Source: Candidatus Latescibacterota bacterium (GTDB taxonomy: Bacteria; Latescibacterota; UBA2968). From it: a stretch of DNA of 64,000 bases. A program made the translations under genes and the position numbers. The notes beneath the pieces were generated by a model. That model made no database searches and was not told the origin of the DNA. It was given only the letters and a program-made list of their open reading frames with translations. Location: assembly GCA_965207885.1 (NCBI GenBank), contig OZ242311.1, positions 2,080,001-2,144,000 on the forward strand, in the 5' to 3' direction. Below are positions 40,092 to 49,001 of the stretch, in pieces (position 1 is the stretch's first letter; each line of letters opens with the position of its first letter).

Positions 40092-40125
40092 GCAGTAGCA
40101 GGCAACATCCTGCTACTGCTTTTTT
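40092..40125 (+). terminator. Intrinsic terminator
   Basis: GCAGTAGCAGG...CCTGCTACTGC plus T6. Confidence 0.85.
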
Positions 40126-40137
40126 GTGTGCCACTCA

Positions 40138-41133
40138 CTATCTGATCGATAGAAATTTTCCACCTTGTCGCGCCGATTCTTCGGCTGTGATGCAGGCATT
40201 GGCAACGGCGAGGGTATCGTCTGTTGAGATTGAGTTTTCTTCGCCACGCGAGAGTGCATCGATCATATTTTCGACAAATGCGTGATTAGTTGAGGGAGGG
40301 AGTTTGGGTTCGTAAGTGCCCGATTTGTTGGAGACAATGAGCACGTGATCGTCGGCATAGGCACGCAAGTGTGCCGAACCTTCGGTGCCCATAATAATGA
40401 ATCGCGTGTCGCCAAAAGATCGCGCATCGTTTGGGGTGAGCCAATCGGCAGTGGCGGTGGCCAGTGCGCCATTGTCGAGTTGAAACGAAGCCTGGACGTG
40501 ATCGAATATGAGGCCCGTGTCGATGTGTTTTTTGAGTGTGCCGAGCGCGTGAACACCTGTGTATTCTGCGCCGGTGAGCCAGCGAACCTGGTCCACCCCG
40601 TGGCCTGCCAGGTCGTGGAATGTACCCACATATTTGTCAGCATCGAAGTAGAGTGCAGGGGGATTGGCGCCGAGTTTGTGCGGATGTGTGGTGATGAGGC
40701 TTACGAGGTCACCCAAATCGCCGTTTTGAATCGCCTGTCTCAATGCGATAAAGGCTCCATAACTACGAGATGTGAAAAAGGTCGAGAGTTTGATATTGTT
40801 TTTTGCAACAGCAGTTTTGATGCGTTGTAATTCTTCCGTCGTTCGGCAGAGCGGTTTGTCGAGTAGCATGTGGACGCTGGCTGCCGCGCACGTTTCAATG
40901 ACAGGCGTTTTTTCGTGATGCTCGAGACCCTCAATTACCAGATCGGGTTTTGCTTTTTCAAGCATCTGGTCGAGTGTGGCAAAGCGGGTGATGTTGTGGC
41001 CTGCGGTATATTTTTCGCAAAGCGCGTCATCGGATTCTACAATGCCGACGATTTCGCTATTTGGCGCATTGACTGCCGAGTGAAACATACCACTTATATG
41101 TCCGTAGTGCATGCCCATAATACCGATTTTCAT
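40138..41133 (-). CDS. Gfo/Idh/MocA-family oxidoreductase
   Basis: N-terminal Rossmann fold, LLDKP, DLAGHGVD and GTEGS motifs. Confidence 0.88.
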   Translation of the reverse strand: MKIGIMGMHYGHISGMFHSAVNAPNSEIVGIVESDDALCEKYTAGHNITRFATLDQMLEKAKPDLVIEGLEHHEKTPVIETCAAASVHMLLDKPLCRTTEELQRIKTAVAKNNIKLSTFFTSRSYGAFIALRQAIQNGDLGDLVSLITTHPHKLGANPPALYFDADKYVGTFHDLAGHGVDQVRWLTGAEYTGVHALGTLKKHIDTGLIFDHVQASFQLDNGALATATADWLTPNDARSFGDTRFIIMGTEGSAHLRAYADDHVLIVSNKSGTYEPKLPPSTNHAFVENMIDALSRGEENSISTDDTLAVANACITAEESARQGGKFLSIR

Positions 41134-41146
41134 AATAGCGTCCTTC

Positions 41147-41920
41147 CTACGCTCGCCACCTGTGCGATTCGAGCACCATATGTGTTAAAAAAAGAAAAAA
41201 AGCCGCAGCACTAATAAAAAATACCACGTCGTGGGTATCGACAACACCGTGAATCATGTCTCGGGTGTGTTCGATGAGGGAGAGAGATTTCAAAATAATA
41301 AAAAATATGTCGCTGGCAAAACGCGCGGCCCAGTCGATAATCCACAATAGAATTAGAAAGAAAAAAGACAACACAGCCGCTATAATCTGATTTTCGGTCA
41401 AAGACGACGCCAAAATGCCCACACTGATAAATGTGGCGCCAATCAGCACTACAGCCAGCGCACCGGAAAAAACGGGCCCCCAGTCTAATTGCGCATGCAT
41501 AGACAATACGCCAATATAGCCGAAGGCCATCGCTTCGATTAGCAAATACAATACATAACAAGCGAGAAATTTTCCTATCAAAATTTGTGCTGAAGTAATC
41601 GGTGAGGTCATCAACAACTCATACGTACCCCCGCGTTTTTCCTCAGCGTAGAGACGCATCGTGAGCATTGGAATCACGATCATCCAGATAAAAGTCTGAA
41701 ATTCAAAAAATGGTGTGACAACCTCTGTATTGACGTTTAGTAGAATTTTTTCTTCGCGTTCTGCCAATTTCAGATATACGGTCATATCGTGAAATTCGAG
41801 CAACTGGTTGCGAAAAACAAAGCCACTAAATAGCAAAAACACACCGGCCATTACGTATGCAATTGACGAGCCAAAATACGACCGCATCTCTTTGCCAAAA
41901 ATCGCCATTACATTACCCAT
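41147..41920 (-). CDS. ABC-2 type permease (GldF-like)
   Basis: KEMRSYF, PMLTMRLYAEEKRGGTYELLMTSP and SSLTENQIIA motifs. Confidence 0.9.
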   Translation of the reverse strand: MGNVMAIFGKEMRSYFGSSIAYVMAGVFLLFSGFVFRNQLLEFHDMTVYLKLAEREEKILLNVNTEVVTPFFEFQTFIWMIVIPMLTMRLYAEEKRGGTYELLMTSPITSAQILIGKFLACYVLYLLIEAMAFGYIGVLSMHAQLDWGPVFSGALAVVLIGATFISVGILASSLTENQIIAAVLSFFFLILLWIIDWAARFASDIFFIILKSLSLIEHTRDMIHGVVDTHDVVFFISAAAFFLFLTHMVLESHRWRA

Positions 41921-42846
41921 CACACCTCCTCCTCGTGCATGGTCAGCGCTTGAAAAATTTCTTCCAAAGACATGGCCTCACGCTTCATTTCCACCAGTCC
42001 CATGCCCAATCCTACAATGCGAGCCGATACTGCGGCACTCAAATCAGCTTTAGCTGGCCAATGGACGTGCAGCCCATTGTTTGTTCGCGTCACATCGCTA
42101 ATCCCTTCAATAGTGGCAATGGCTTTGGCCGCGATGTCCATATCGCCCGATATCCGAACAAAAAACCGCGTTGTGTCGCGCATATTAGCCGTGAGATTTT
42201 CAGGGGTATCAACAGCGACAATCCTACCTTCGTGGATAATGATTACGCGATTGCAGGTCATTTCAACTTCGGGCAAGATATGCGTGCTTAAAATCACCGT
42301 GCGCTCCTGGGCAAGTTCGCGGATCAATTGTCGCACCTCTATGATCTGATTGGGATCGAGGCCCGAAGTTGGCTCGTCCATAATGATTACCTCAGGGTTG
42401 TGCAATATCGCCTGTGCAAGCCCTACCCGTTGCCGATATCCTTTGGATAAATGACCGATGAGTTGCTCGGTGCGCCCCACAAGTCCGCATTGAACGACGA
42501 CTTCATCAATTCGCCGTCTGGATTCTTTTGGCGCAACCCCCTTGATTTTAGCGATAAACTCCAGATATGTACGCACGCGCATATCGCGATACAGAGGCGG
42601 CAATTCGGGCAAATATCCAATACGCATTTTGACTTCCAATGGATTGTCAAAAATATCGTAGCCGGCAATGCGCGCCGTGCCTTCTGTAGCGGGCAAAAAA
42701 CAGGTGAGTACGCGCATGGTCGTGGTTTTGCCCGCGCCGTTTGGTCCCAAAAAACCGACAATTTCACCCTTACCCACTTGAAACGAAATGTCGTCAACAG
42801 CCGTAAACGCGCCGTAGCGCTTTGTCAGGCGATCAACTTCTATCAC
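41920..42846 (-). CDS. ABC transporter ATP-binding protein (GldA-like)
   Basis: GPNGAGKTT, LSKGYRQR and DEPTSGLDPNQ motifs. Confidence 0.93.
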   Translation of the reverse strand: MIEVDRLTKRYGAFTAVDDISFQVGKGEIVGFLGPNGAGKTTTMRVLTCFLPATEGTARIAGYDIFDNPLEVKMRIGYLPELPPLYRDMRVRTYLEFIAKIKGVAPKESRRRIDEVVVQCGLVGRTEQLIGHLSKGYRQRVGLAQAILHNPEVIIMDEPTSGLDPNQIIEVRQLIRELAQERTVILSTHILPEVEMTCNRVIIIHEGRIVAVDTPENLTANMRDTTRFFVRISGDMDIAAKAIATIEGISDVTRTNNGLHVHWPAKADLSAAVSARIVGLGMGLVEMKREAMSLEEIFQALTMHEEEV

Positions 42847-42857
42847 ACCTTACTCCT

Positions 42858-43739
42858 TTATCCATTAATTTTTTTTGCCCGCATCCTGAAAAATTGCATC
42901 AACGGTTCGTGATACGCCCCTTGAGTCGAAATATTTACAGCGTCTAAACCCATGCGATGAAACAACGCTTCGCGGTCATCGCGCTCTTTTCGCGTCAGCT
43001 TTTGAAATGTATCGCGCACTGCTGCATCGCCGAAATCGACCATGATGCCTTCGCCCGTCTCGGCATCTTCTAACTCCACTATGCCAATTGCAGGCAGGTC
43101 GTACTCCCGAGGGTCTTCCAGCGCTATCGCTACCAGGTCGTGACGCCGATTTGCAACCCGCAGTGCTTTTTCATAGTTGGAAGCAAAAAAATCCGATACC
43201 AGAAACACCACACTGCGCCTGTAGGTTACACGATTCAAATACTCCAATGCCGCATCGATATTTGTACCGCGCCCCGAAGGTTGAAAATACAACAACTCTC
43301 GAATGACACGCAGCACATGCTTTTTGCCCTTTTTGGGGGGGATAAACAACTCAACTTCGTCGGTAAAAATGATCAGTCCCACGCGATCGTTATTCTGAAT
43401 TGCTGAAAAGGCGAGCAAAGCGCAAATTTCAGCACCTATCTCGCCTTTCATTTGCGCCACCGTTCCAAAGTCGCCCGACGCACTCGCATCCACCATCAAT
43501 ATTACGGTGAGTTCGCGCTCCTCGTCGAACACCTTGACAAAGGGGTCGCCCATACGCGCTGTCACGTTCCAGTCAATTGTGCGAACATCATCGCCGGGCT
43601 GATATTCTCGCACTTCTGCAAATGCCATTCCCCTGCCCTTAAATACCGAATGGTACTCGCCGGCAAAAATCGTGTTCACCAGATTGCGCGTGCGCAACTC
43701 AATGCGCTTCACTTTTTTGAAGATTTCAGTTGGAATCAT
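42858..43739 (-). CDS. DUF58 (VWA-like) protein
   Basis: FKGRGMAFAEVREYQPGDDVRTIDWNVTAR, DASAS and SDF motifs. Confidence 0.93.
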   Translation of the reverse strand: MIPTEIFKKVKRIELRTRNLVNTIFAGEYHSVFKGRGMAFAEVREYQPGDDVRTIDWNVTARMGDPFVKVFDEERELTVILMVDASASGDFGTVAQMKGEIGAEICALLAFSAIQNNDRVGLIIFTDEVELFIPPKKGKKHVLRVIRELLYFQPSGRGTNIDAALEYLNRVTYRRSVVFLVSDFFASNYEKALRVANRRHDLVAIALEDPREYDLPAIGIVELEDAETGEGIMVDFGDAAVRDTFQKLTRKERDDREALFHRMGLDAVNISTQGAYHEPLMQFFRMRAKKING

Positions 43740-43750
43740 GGTAAAAACTA

Positions 43751-44746
43751 TCACGGCACTTCAACGTGATCGAATATTTGGCGTGCGATTTCTTCGGAGT
43801 CAATTTCTTCGGCTTCTGCCTCGTAAGTTACCAGCACGCGGTGACGCAACACATCCAGTCCAATGGCTTTCACATCTTCGGGGGTGACATAGCCGCGATG
43901 GCGCAAAAACGCGTGTGCTTTGGCAGCGCGGGTCAGGGCGATAGACGCGCGCGGCGATCCGCCAAATTCGATCAGGGCGCGCAAATCATCCAGACCATAA
44001 GCCGCCGGATCACGGGTTGCCAACACGAGATCGACGATATAATCTTTGATTTTGTCATCCACGTAAATCTCGTCGGCTACGCTTCGCGCACGAATGAGAT
44101 CGTCAGTTGTTATAACGTTCTCGATCCGAGGGGTTGCATCGCGGCTCATGCGATCGACAATAGCGCGTTCTTCCTGTTTATTGGGATATGTTACCCGCAC
44201 TTTCAGCATAAAGCGATCGACCTGTGCTTCGGGCAGTGGATAGGTCCCCTCTTGTTCGATGGGATTTTGCGTGGCCAGCACCAAAAATGGATCGGGCATG
44301 GCAAATGTTTCGTTCCCAATGGTAACTTGACGCTCTTGCATGGCTTCGAGCATGGCACTTTGTACTTTTGACGGTGCGCGATTGACTTCATCGGCGAGTA
44401 CGAGTTGGGCAAAAATAGGTCCCTTTTGAGCTACAAATTGGCCCGTCTCTCTGTGATAGACCATTGTGCCGATCAGGTCGGCGGGCAACAAATCGGGTGT
44501 AAACTGAATGCGTTTAAAAGACGCCTGAATCGCCTGAGCCAATGAATTGACGGCTAAAGTTTTCGCAAGACCGGGAACGCCCTCGAGCAGGACATGGCCG
44601 TTGCACAACAGACCGATTAACAGCCGTTCGATCATGTCCTGCTGCCCAACAATGACCTTGCCCACCTCGGCCAATAACCGATTGACAAACGCGCTTTCGC
44701 GCCCAACCCGCTCATTGATTACCTGAATATCTTGTCCAACTGTCAT
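43751..44746 (-). CDS. moxR: MoxR-family AAA+ ATPase
   Basis: GVPGLAKT, RIQFTPDLLPAD, DEVNRA and TQNPIEQEGTYPLPEAQ motifs. Confidence 0.95.
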   Translation of the reverse strand: MTVGQDIQVINERVGRESAFVNRLLAEVGKVIVGQQDMIERLLIGLLCNGHVLLEGVPGLAKTLAVNSLAQAIQASFKRIQFTPDLLPADLIGTMVYHRETGQFVAQKGPIFAQLVLADEVNRAPSKVQSAMLEAMQERQVTIGNETFAMPDPFLVLATQNPIEQEGTYPLPEAQVDRFMLKVRVTYPNKQEERAIVDRMSRDATPRIENVITTDDLIRARSVADEIYVDDKIKDYIVDLVLATRDPAAYGLDDLRALIEFGGSPRASIALTRAAKAHAFLRHRGYVTPEDVKAIGLDVLRHRVLVTYEAEAEEIDSEEIARQIFDHVEVP

Positions 44747-44750
44747 TGCA

Positions 44751-45260
44751 TCACTCTCGACTTATTGGTTTGGTACGCAACCACTGTTCGGGCGCTTTGC
44801 CCAAATTTGCAATCGAAAATTTGGCATCATCTACCAGCTCAGAGTTTGGATATGTATCAACCACCTGCTGATAGGCTATCTGCGCCTGTTTGTAATCGCC
44901 GAGTTGATCGTAGATGTAGCCAATCATAAATTGTGCCTGTACACAATACCGGCTCTGCGGAAATCGCGCGATCAGGGTTTCGTATCGCGCAATAGCTTCT
45001 TTGTGTTTCTGCTGATTCATCAACACCCGAGCCAGAGCCTGTAGTGCCACCTCAGCGCGAGGATCGTCGGGAAACTGCGCCAGAAATTCCGCCAATTTGA
45101 CCTCGGCCACTGGATACGACGCCATATCGTGCGCGGCCTGTTCGCCCTCTCGAAATAGCAAATCCGCAGACTGGTCTTGTCCCCCACAGGCGACAAATAG
45201 TGGCAAAAAGAATAGGAATCGAAATCTGTGCATCTTTTTCCATCTCCTTTGCTTATTCAA
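44751..45260 (-). CDS. TPR lipoprotein (BamD/CpoB-like)
   Basis: Lipobox FVAC; FP/YP-xS repeats, AQFMIGYIY. Confidence 0.8.
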   Translation of the reverse strand: MNKQRRWKKMHRFRFLFFLPLFVACGGQDQSADLLFREGEQAAHDMASYPVAEVKLAEFLAQFPDDPRAEVALQALARVLMNQQKHKEAIARYETLIARFPQSRYCVQAQFMIGYIYDQLGDYKQAQIAYQQVVDTYPNSELVDDAKFSIANLGKAPEQWLRTKPISRE

Positions 45261-45320
45261 ACTTTTTCAAAAACGCTTTTGTCCAATTCGAGTTCCCGTT
45301 TTTTCTCACTACATAGTGCG

Positions 45321-45550
45321 ATCAGATTGGACGGTGTATAGTGATTACTCCCAACGATAGAGGAGTTGGGCTTCTTGGCGGTCAAACCGCCTGACTTTGT
45401 AATCCCAAAGTCAATATGTTTATCGCAGCATTGAGGTCTCTGTCTGCTGTATAGCCACACGCCTTGCAATGATGCACACGATCAGAAAGTGCTTTCTTCT
45501 CGCGGTGCCCACAAGAAGAGCAATCTTGTGAGGTGTATTCAGGATCAACG
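45321..45550 (-). ncRNA. Putative TnpB omega/reRNA (scaffold overlapping tnpB 3' end; guide from the flank after TCAC)
   Basis: Established TnpB architecture; hairpins at 45377-45391 and 45350-45370. The 5' boundary is a guess. Confidence 0.55.
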
Positions 45551-46500
45551 GCCTTGAATCCAATACCAGCCTCTTCCGCTTTATATTCGAGACAACGCCG
45601 AAACAGTGACCACGCTGCGTCTGAGATGCTTTTTGATAACCGACGATTCTTTTGCATCTTTTTATTGTCTAACTTTTCTGTTGCAACAAAGCCATACTTA
45701 TTGATTACTTTCCGAACTTCTTGATGCACAAAATTATGTCGTCTATTCCGGATGCGCTCATGCATTCTGGCAACAGTCTTACGCGCTTTCTCTCGTTTCT
45801 TTGACGATACTTTTTTTACTTTGTCCCACTTGCGCTGTGCTCTGGCAAGTACCTTTTCCTCTTTTTGAAAAAAGCGAGGATTTGCTATCTTTCCCTTATC
45901 AGAAAACATAGCAAATTTTTCAAGCCCTACGTCAATGCCAACGGCGGGGCCAGCGTCTGTTTTCTTACTTACCTCGCCTATATCACAAGAGATAGTAGCG
46001 AACCACTTGCCCGTTGCTGTGCGCCTGAGACTGCAAGACTTAGGCATACCCTCAAGTGGTCTGTGCTGGACAATCCGAATACAGCCTATTTTGCCCAATC
46101 GCAAGCCCTTCTCGTCCAATCGGCATCCATTGGAAAACTGAGGATAGGTGATAGAATCATAGCGATTCTGACCTTTGTATCTTGGAAAACCTGCTTTCTC
46201 GCCCGTCTTTGACCTCTCTTTGAGACGGCGGAAAAATCCTTTGAACGCCCAATCTACTCTCTGGCATACTTGCTGAAGAACTTGAGAATAGACAAGAGAA
46301 AAAGACTTACGCTGTTGTTTCAGCATTGGCAATGTCGCCTGTTGCTCATAGCGCGACAAACTTTCTTTATTCTTTTGCCATGCTTGGACTCTATCACAGA
46401 CAAGTTGGTTATATAGCAAGCGACATTCTTCAATGTGCGCCAGCAGGATTTTCTCCTGTTTTTTCGTTGGGCGCAATCTATATTTGAAGGACTTAAGCAT
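45382..46500 (-). CDS. tnpB: RNA-guided endonuclease TnpB
   Basis: FKYRLRPT N-terminus; RuvC D (GIDVG), E (ATEKL) and D (DRDLNAAIN); zinc ribbon CSSC...CKAC. Confidence 0.95.
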   Translation of the reverse strand: MLKSFKYRLRPTKKQEKILLAHIEECRLLYNQLVCDRVQAWQKNKESLSRYEQQATLPMLKQQRKSFSLVYSQVLQQVCQRVDWAFKGFFRRLKERSKTGEKAGFPRYKGQNRYDSITYPQFSNGCRLDEKGLRLGKIGCIRIVQHRPLEGMPKSCSLRRTATGKWFATISCDIGEVSKKTDAGPAVGIDVGLEKFAMFSDKGKIANPRFFQKEEKVLARAQRKWDKVKKVSSKKREKARKTVARMHERIRNRRHNFVHQEVRKVINKYGFVATEKLDNKKMQKNRRLSKSISDAAWSLFRRCLEYKAEEAGIGFKAVDPEYTSQDCSSCGHREKKALSDRVHHCKACGYTADRDLNAAINILTLGLQSQAV

Positions 46501-46506
46501 AATAAA

Positions 46507-46535
46507 AATATATATTTACGAGCATATTTTGTCAA
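46507..46535 (-). promoter_or_regulatory. Sigma70-type promoter for an apparently leaderless tnpB
   Basis: TTGACA(46535-46530)-N17-TATATT(46512-46507), then 6 nt, then ATG; no Shine-Dalgarno sequence. Confidence 0.65.
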
Positions 46536-46721
46536 CTCATTTTTTGTAAAATTAGTGGACGAACCTCAATGACTCACCGCCCACATCGCACAAGGCGATG
46601 TGCCCCATGCTAAAGCACCACACCATAAGCATGTCCCTGCGAAAGCAGGGAACCGTAGGCCCTAACAACGCTCGCTAACTCGCGTCTGCTTCCCAAATCT
46701 AAAGCATTTGGGCCTTACGAG

Positions 46722-48005
46722 CTATTTATTAAAAAAACGTCCTGCTTTCGTCAAGATTTCCGTGTGCTTAAAAAGCAAATATGCGATGCCCACCAGCGCC
46801 AACCCACCGTATTCCACCCATTGAACCCACACGGCTTCTTCCCATACACCACGGGTCTGATACTGGATCAAAATGTGGTAGGATAAGACCACCAGAAGTG
46901 AGAAAGCGATCCAGGGCGGATGCCGAAAAAAAACGAGAAATGGAATTAACCACACGACATACCACGGATGAAGAGTAGGAGTCAGCAGAACAAAGGCCGC
47001 CGCAGTCAGATATGCGCAGCGCAACAGGGGAATTCTTTTCCAGATCAGAAACAGAACAACACTTAAAAAGAGCAAGCCAATAATGCCACGCGCTATCTGC
47101 CCATTGCCGCAAAGCAGAATGAGTACATCGAATATCGCGCTATTAAACGACCAGTGTTGTGCATAAGTGCCCAGGCTACCAAAGACAGATGCGCCGGTCC
47201 AGGCATAGGGCAGATATCCCAGGAGTATGACACAGGGGACCATGAGCAGTGCCGACCAATTGGTTGGCAGCCACCCTTTCCAGCGCACAAAATACGGCAA
47301 AAAAACAAGGGGAAAGAATTTCACCAAAACAGCCCCGCCCAGCGCACTTAGCGCTATGCGATCTCGTCCTTTGAAGAACAAGTACAATGCGGCTAACAAA
47401 GCGACGATGCCCAGTGATTCAATATGTCCATTTCCAGCGATTTCCACCACGATCAGCGGATGCCAGAAGTAAATCAAAACCCATTGAGGCCGCTGCTCAA
47501 AATGCCTGAGCAAACAGACTATAAGCCATCCCGCAATCAGGTCGGCACACACGAGTAGCATCTTAATGCCCAGTATGCCACTCGAAATCCCATATCCTAC
47601 CCAGAATGCCATTTGGGCAATGGGCGGATAAATGGTGGGCAATTCGGGGTGGTTAATTTTGGAAAAAATGAGCGCGTCTCGTACATGCACCAGTTCTTGT
47701 GCTGCAGGTGCAAACCGGTAGGGGTTGACGCCCGCCCACTGTACGCGTCCATCCCACACATAGCGATAAATGTCATCGGATAGCGCGGGAATAGAAAACA
47801 AAAGGCTAAGCCGAAAAACAACGGAAACGATCACAATAGCGGTCAATGGCACATATTTACAATGCCAGATGGCAATGAGATAGGCCACAGATGCAATGCC
47901 AAAAAGCATAAAAAAAACCGGCACATGCTTGCCCAATGCCGGCATTGCAGCAAAACTGCTCGTCATGACCAACCCCATCAAAAGGGGCACGATCCACCGC
48001 TGCAT
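46722..48005 (-). CDS. GT-C fold glycosyltransferase (GT87/DUF2029-like)
   Basis: SDDIYRYVWDGRVQ..GVNPY, TIYPP, WHPL..E..GNGH and PTLHPWY motifs; polytopic. Confidence 0.88.
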   Translation of the reverse strand: MQRWIVPLLMGLVMTSSFAAMPALGKHVPVFFMLFGIASVAYLIAIWHCKYVPLTAIVIVSVVFRLSLLFSIPALSDDIYRYVWDGRVQWAGVNPYRFAPAAQELVHVRDALIFSKINHPELPTIYPPIAQMAFWVGYGISSGILGIKMLLVCADLIAGWLIVCLLRHFEQRPQWVLIYFWHPLIVVEIAGNGHIESLGIVALLAALYLFFKGRDRIALSALGGAVLVKFFPLVFLPYFVRWKGWLPTNWSALLMVPCVILLGYLPYAWTGASVFGSLGTYAQHWSFNSAIFDVLILLCGNGQIARGIIGLLFLSVVLFLIWKRIPLLRCAYLTAAAFVLLTPTLHPWYVVWLIPFLVFFRHPPWIAFSLLVVLSYHILIQYQTRGVWEEAVWVQWVEYGGLALVGIAYLLFKHTEILTKAGRFFNK

Positions 48006-48031
48006 AAGTATCTCTTAGCGCAATATGTCCA

Positions 48032-48940
48032 TTACAACTGATCTTGCTCAATATGTCGCCGATGCGTGTTAATTTGCAAAACGATTTTGCCTTGCTTAAA
48101 TACGCGAACTGTTCCTGTTGACTCAGAAATAGCCAGGGCGATGGCTCGGGTAGTTTTGGTAATCGCCGCCGCCGCCACATGCCGTGCGCCCAACCCCTTG
48201 GGCAAAGTGAGACCGCGCACACTCGCTGAAATATAGCGTCCTCCAGATATAATAACCCCATCTTCCCGAATAATAAATGCGCCATCCATCAGCGATACTT
48301 CTTTGACACCTTCGTGAACATCGGGATTACAAATATTTTTTTCTTTATCGGAATATCCGCGAAAAGGATCAAATGTCATGGATCGCGAATGGTGCAAAAC
48401 CCGTTTGGAATCGCCAATGACAAATAAGGTGCCGACCGATTCGCCTTCGCGACCTTCCTTACCAATATTGATGGCAAGATCGAGCGTGGTTTTGACAACT
48501 TTGAGCGGTAAATTGCCCGCTATGGCTGCAATTTTTGCCGGGTCGTATATATCAAACCCAATACTGGTATCCATCACCGTTATCGCATCTACGCCCCGAG
48601 AGACCAGCATGCTACTCAGGCATACCAATCGCGCATCTCGGCGAATACATCCACTCTCCAGGCCCCTGATAATGCATTGTCGCAATTGTTCGAAGGGAGT
48701 GCCATCACTTCTGCGATAATCATAAGTTAAACGCTGCACACCCTTTTCTTCCACACCACTCAAAAAGTGTTTTTTTTCCGTAACAATCAGGACCTGACAG
48801 GTGGCATTTAGCCTGTGAACATCATCTTGGCTCACGCCGGAATCAGCCACGAGCAGGATCATATCAGCGCAGGTTTCCCGTGCCAAATTTTTGGCGGTAC
48901 TCAGCAAGGACTGCGTGTGATTTTCGTTTGATTTAGCCAT
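48032..48940 (-). CDS. Diadenylate cyclase (DisA_N/DAC domain at C-terminus, DacZ-like)
   Basis: EGREG..VGTLFVIGD, MDGAFII and GLGARHVAAAAIT motifs; no HhH domain or TM helices. Confidence 0.88.
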   Translation of the reverse strand: MAKSNENHTQSLLSTAKNLARETCADMILLVADSGVSQDDVHRLNATCQVLIVTEKKHFLSGVEEKGVQRLTYDYRRSDGTPFEQLRQCIIRGLESGCIRRDARLVCLSSMLVSRGVDAITVMDTSIGFDIYDPAKIAAIAGNLPLKVVKTTLDLAINIGKEGREGESVGTLFVIGDSKRVLHHSRSMTFDPFRGYSDKEKNICNPDVHEGVKEVSLMDGAFIIREDGVIISGGRYISASVRGLTLPKGLGARHVAAAAITKTTRAIALAISESTGTVRVFKQGKIVLQINTHRRHIEQDQL

Positions 48941-49001
48941 AAAATGCTTTTATGAGAAGGTCATGCTGGTCCTGTGAACACGCCCCAAAACTACCATTTA
49001 A

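Larger units (their letters stand above)
45341..46720 (-). mobile_element. IS200/IS605-family element without tnpA (IS1341-like); left boundary approximate
   Basis: Right end is GAAG + hairpin (45350-45370) + ...TCAC (45341). Left-end hairpin CCCAAAT-GCTTTAG-ATTTGGG at 46692-46712. tnpB lies inside. Confidence 0.8.

Noticed and set aside
45382-46500. TnpB as Cas12f or a nuclease-dead TldR regulator
   Set aside because: No CRISPR array is adjacent, IS ends are present and all three RuvC acidic residues are intact.
46569-46613. 14-codon ORF MTHRPHRTRRCAPC inside the TnpB left arm
   Set aside because: No RBS and no similarity to the TnpA HUH motif; likely incidental.
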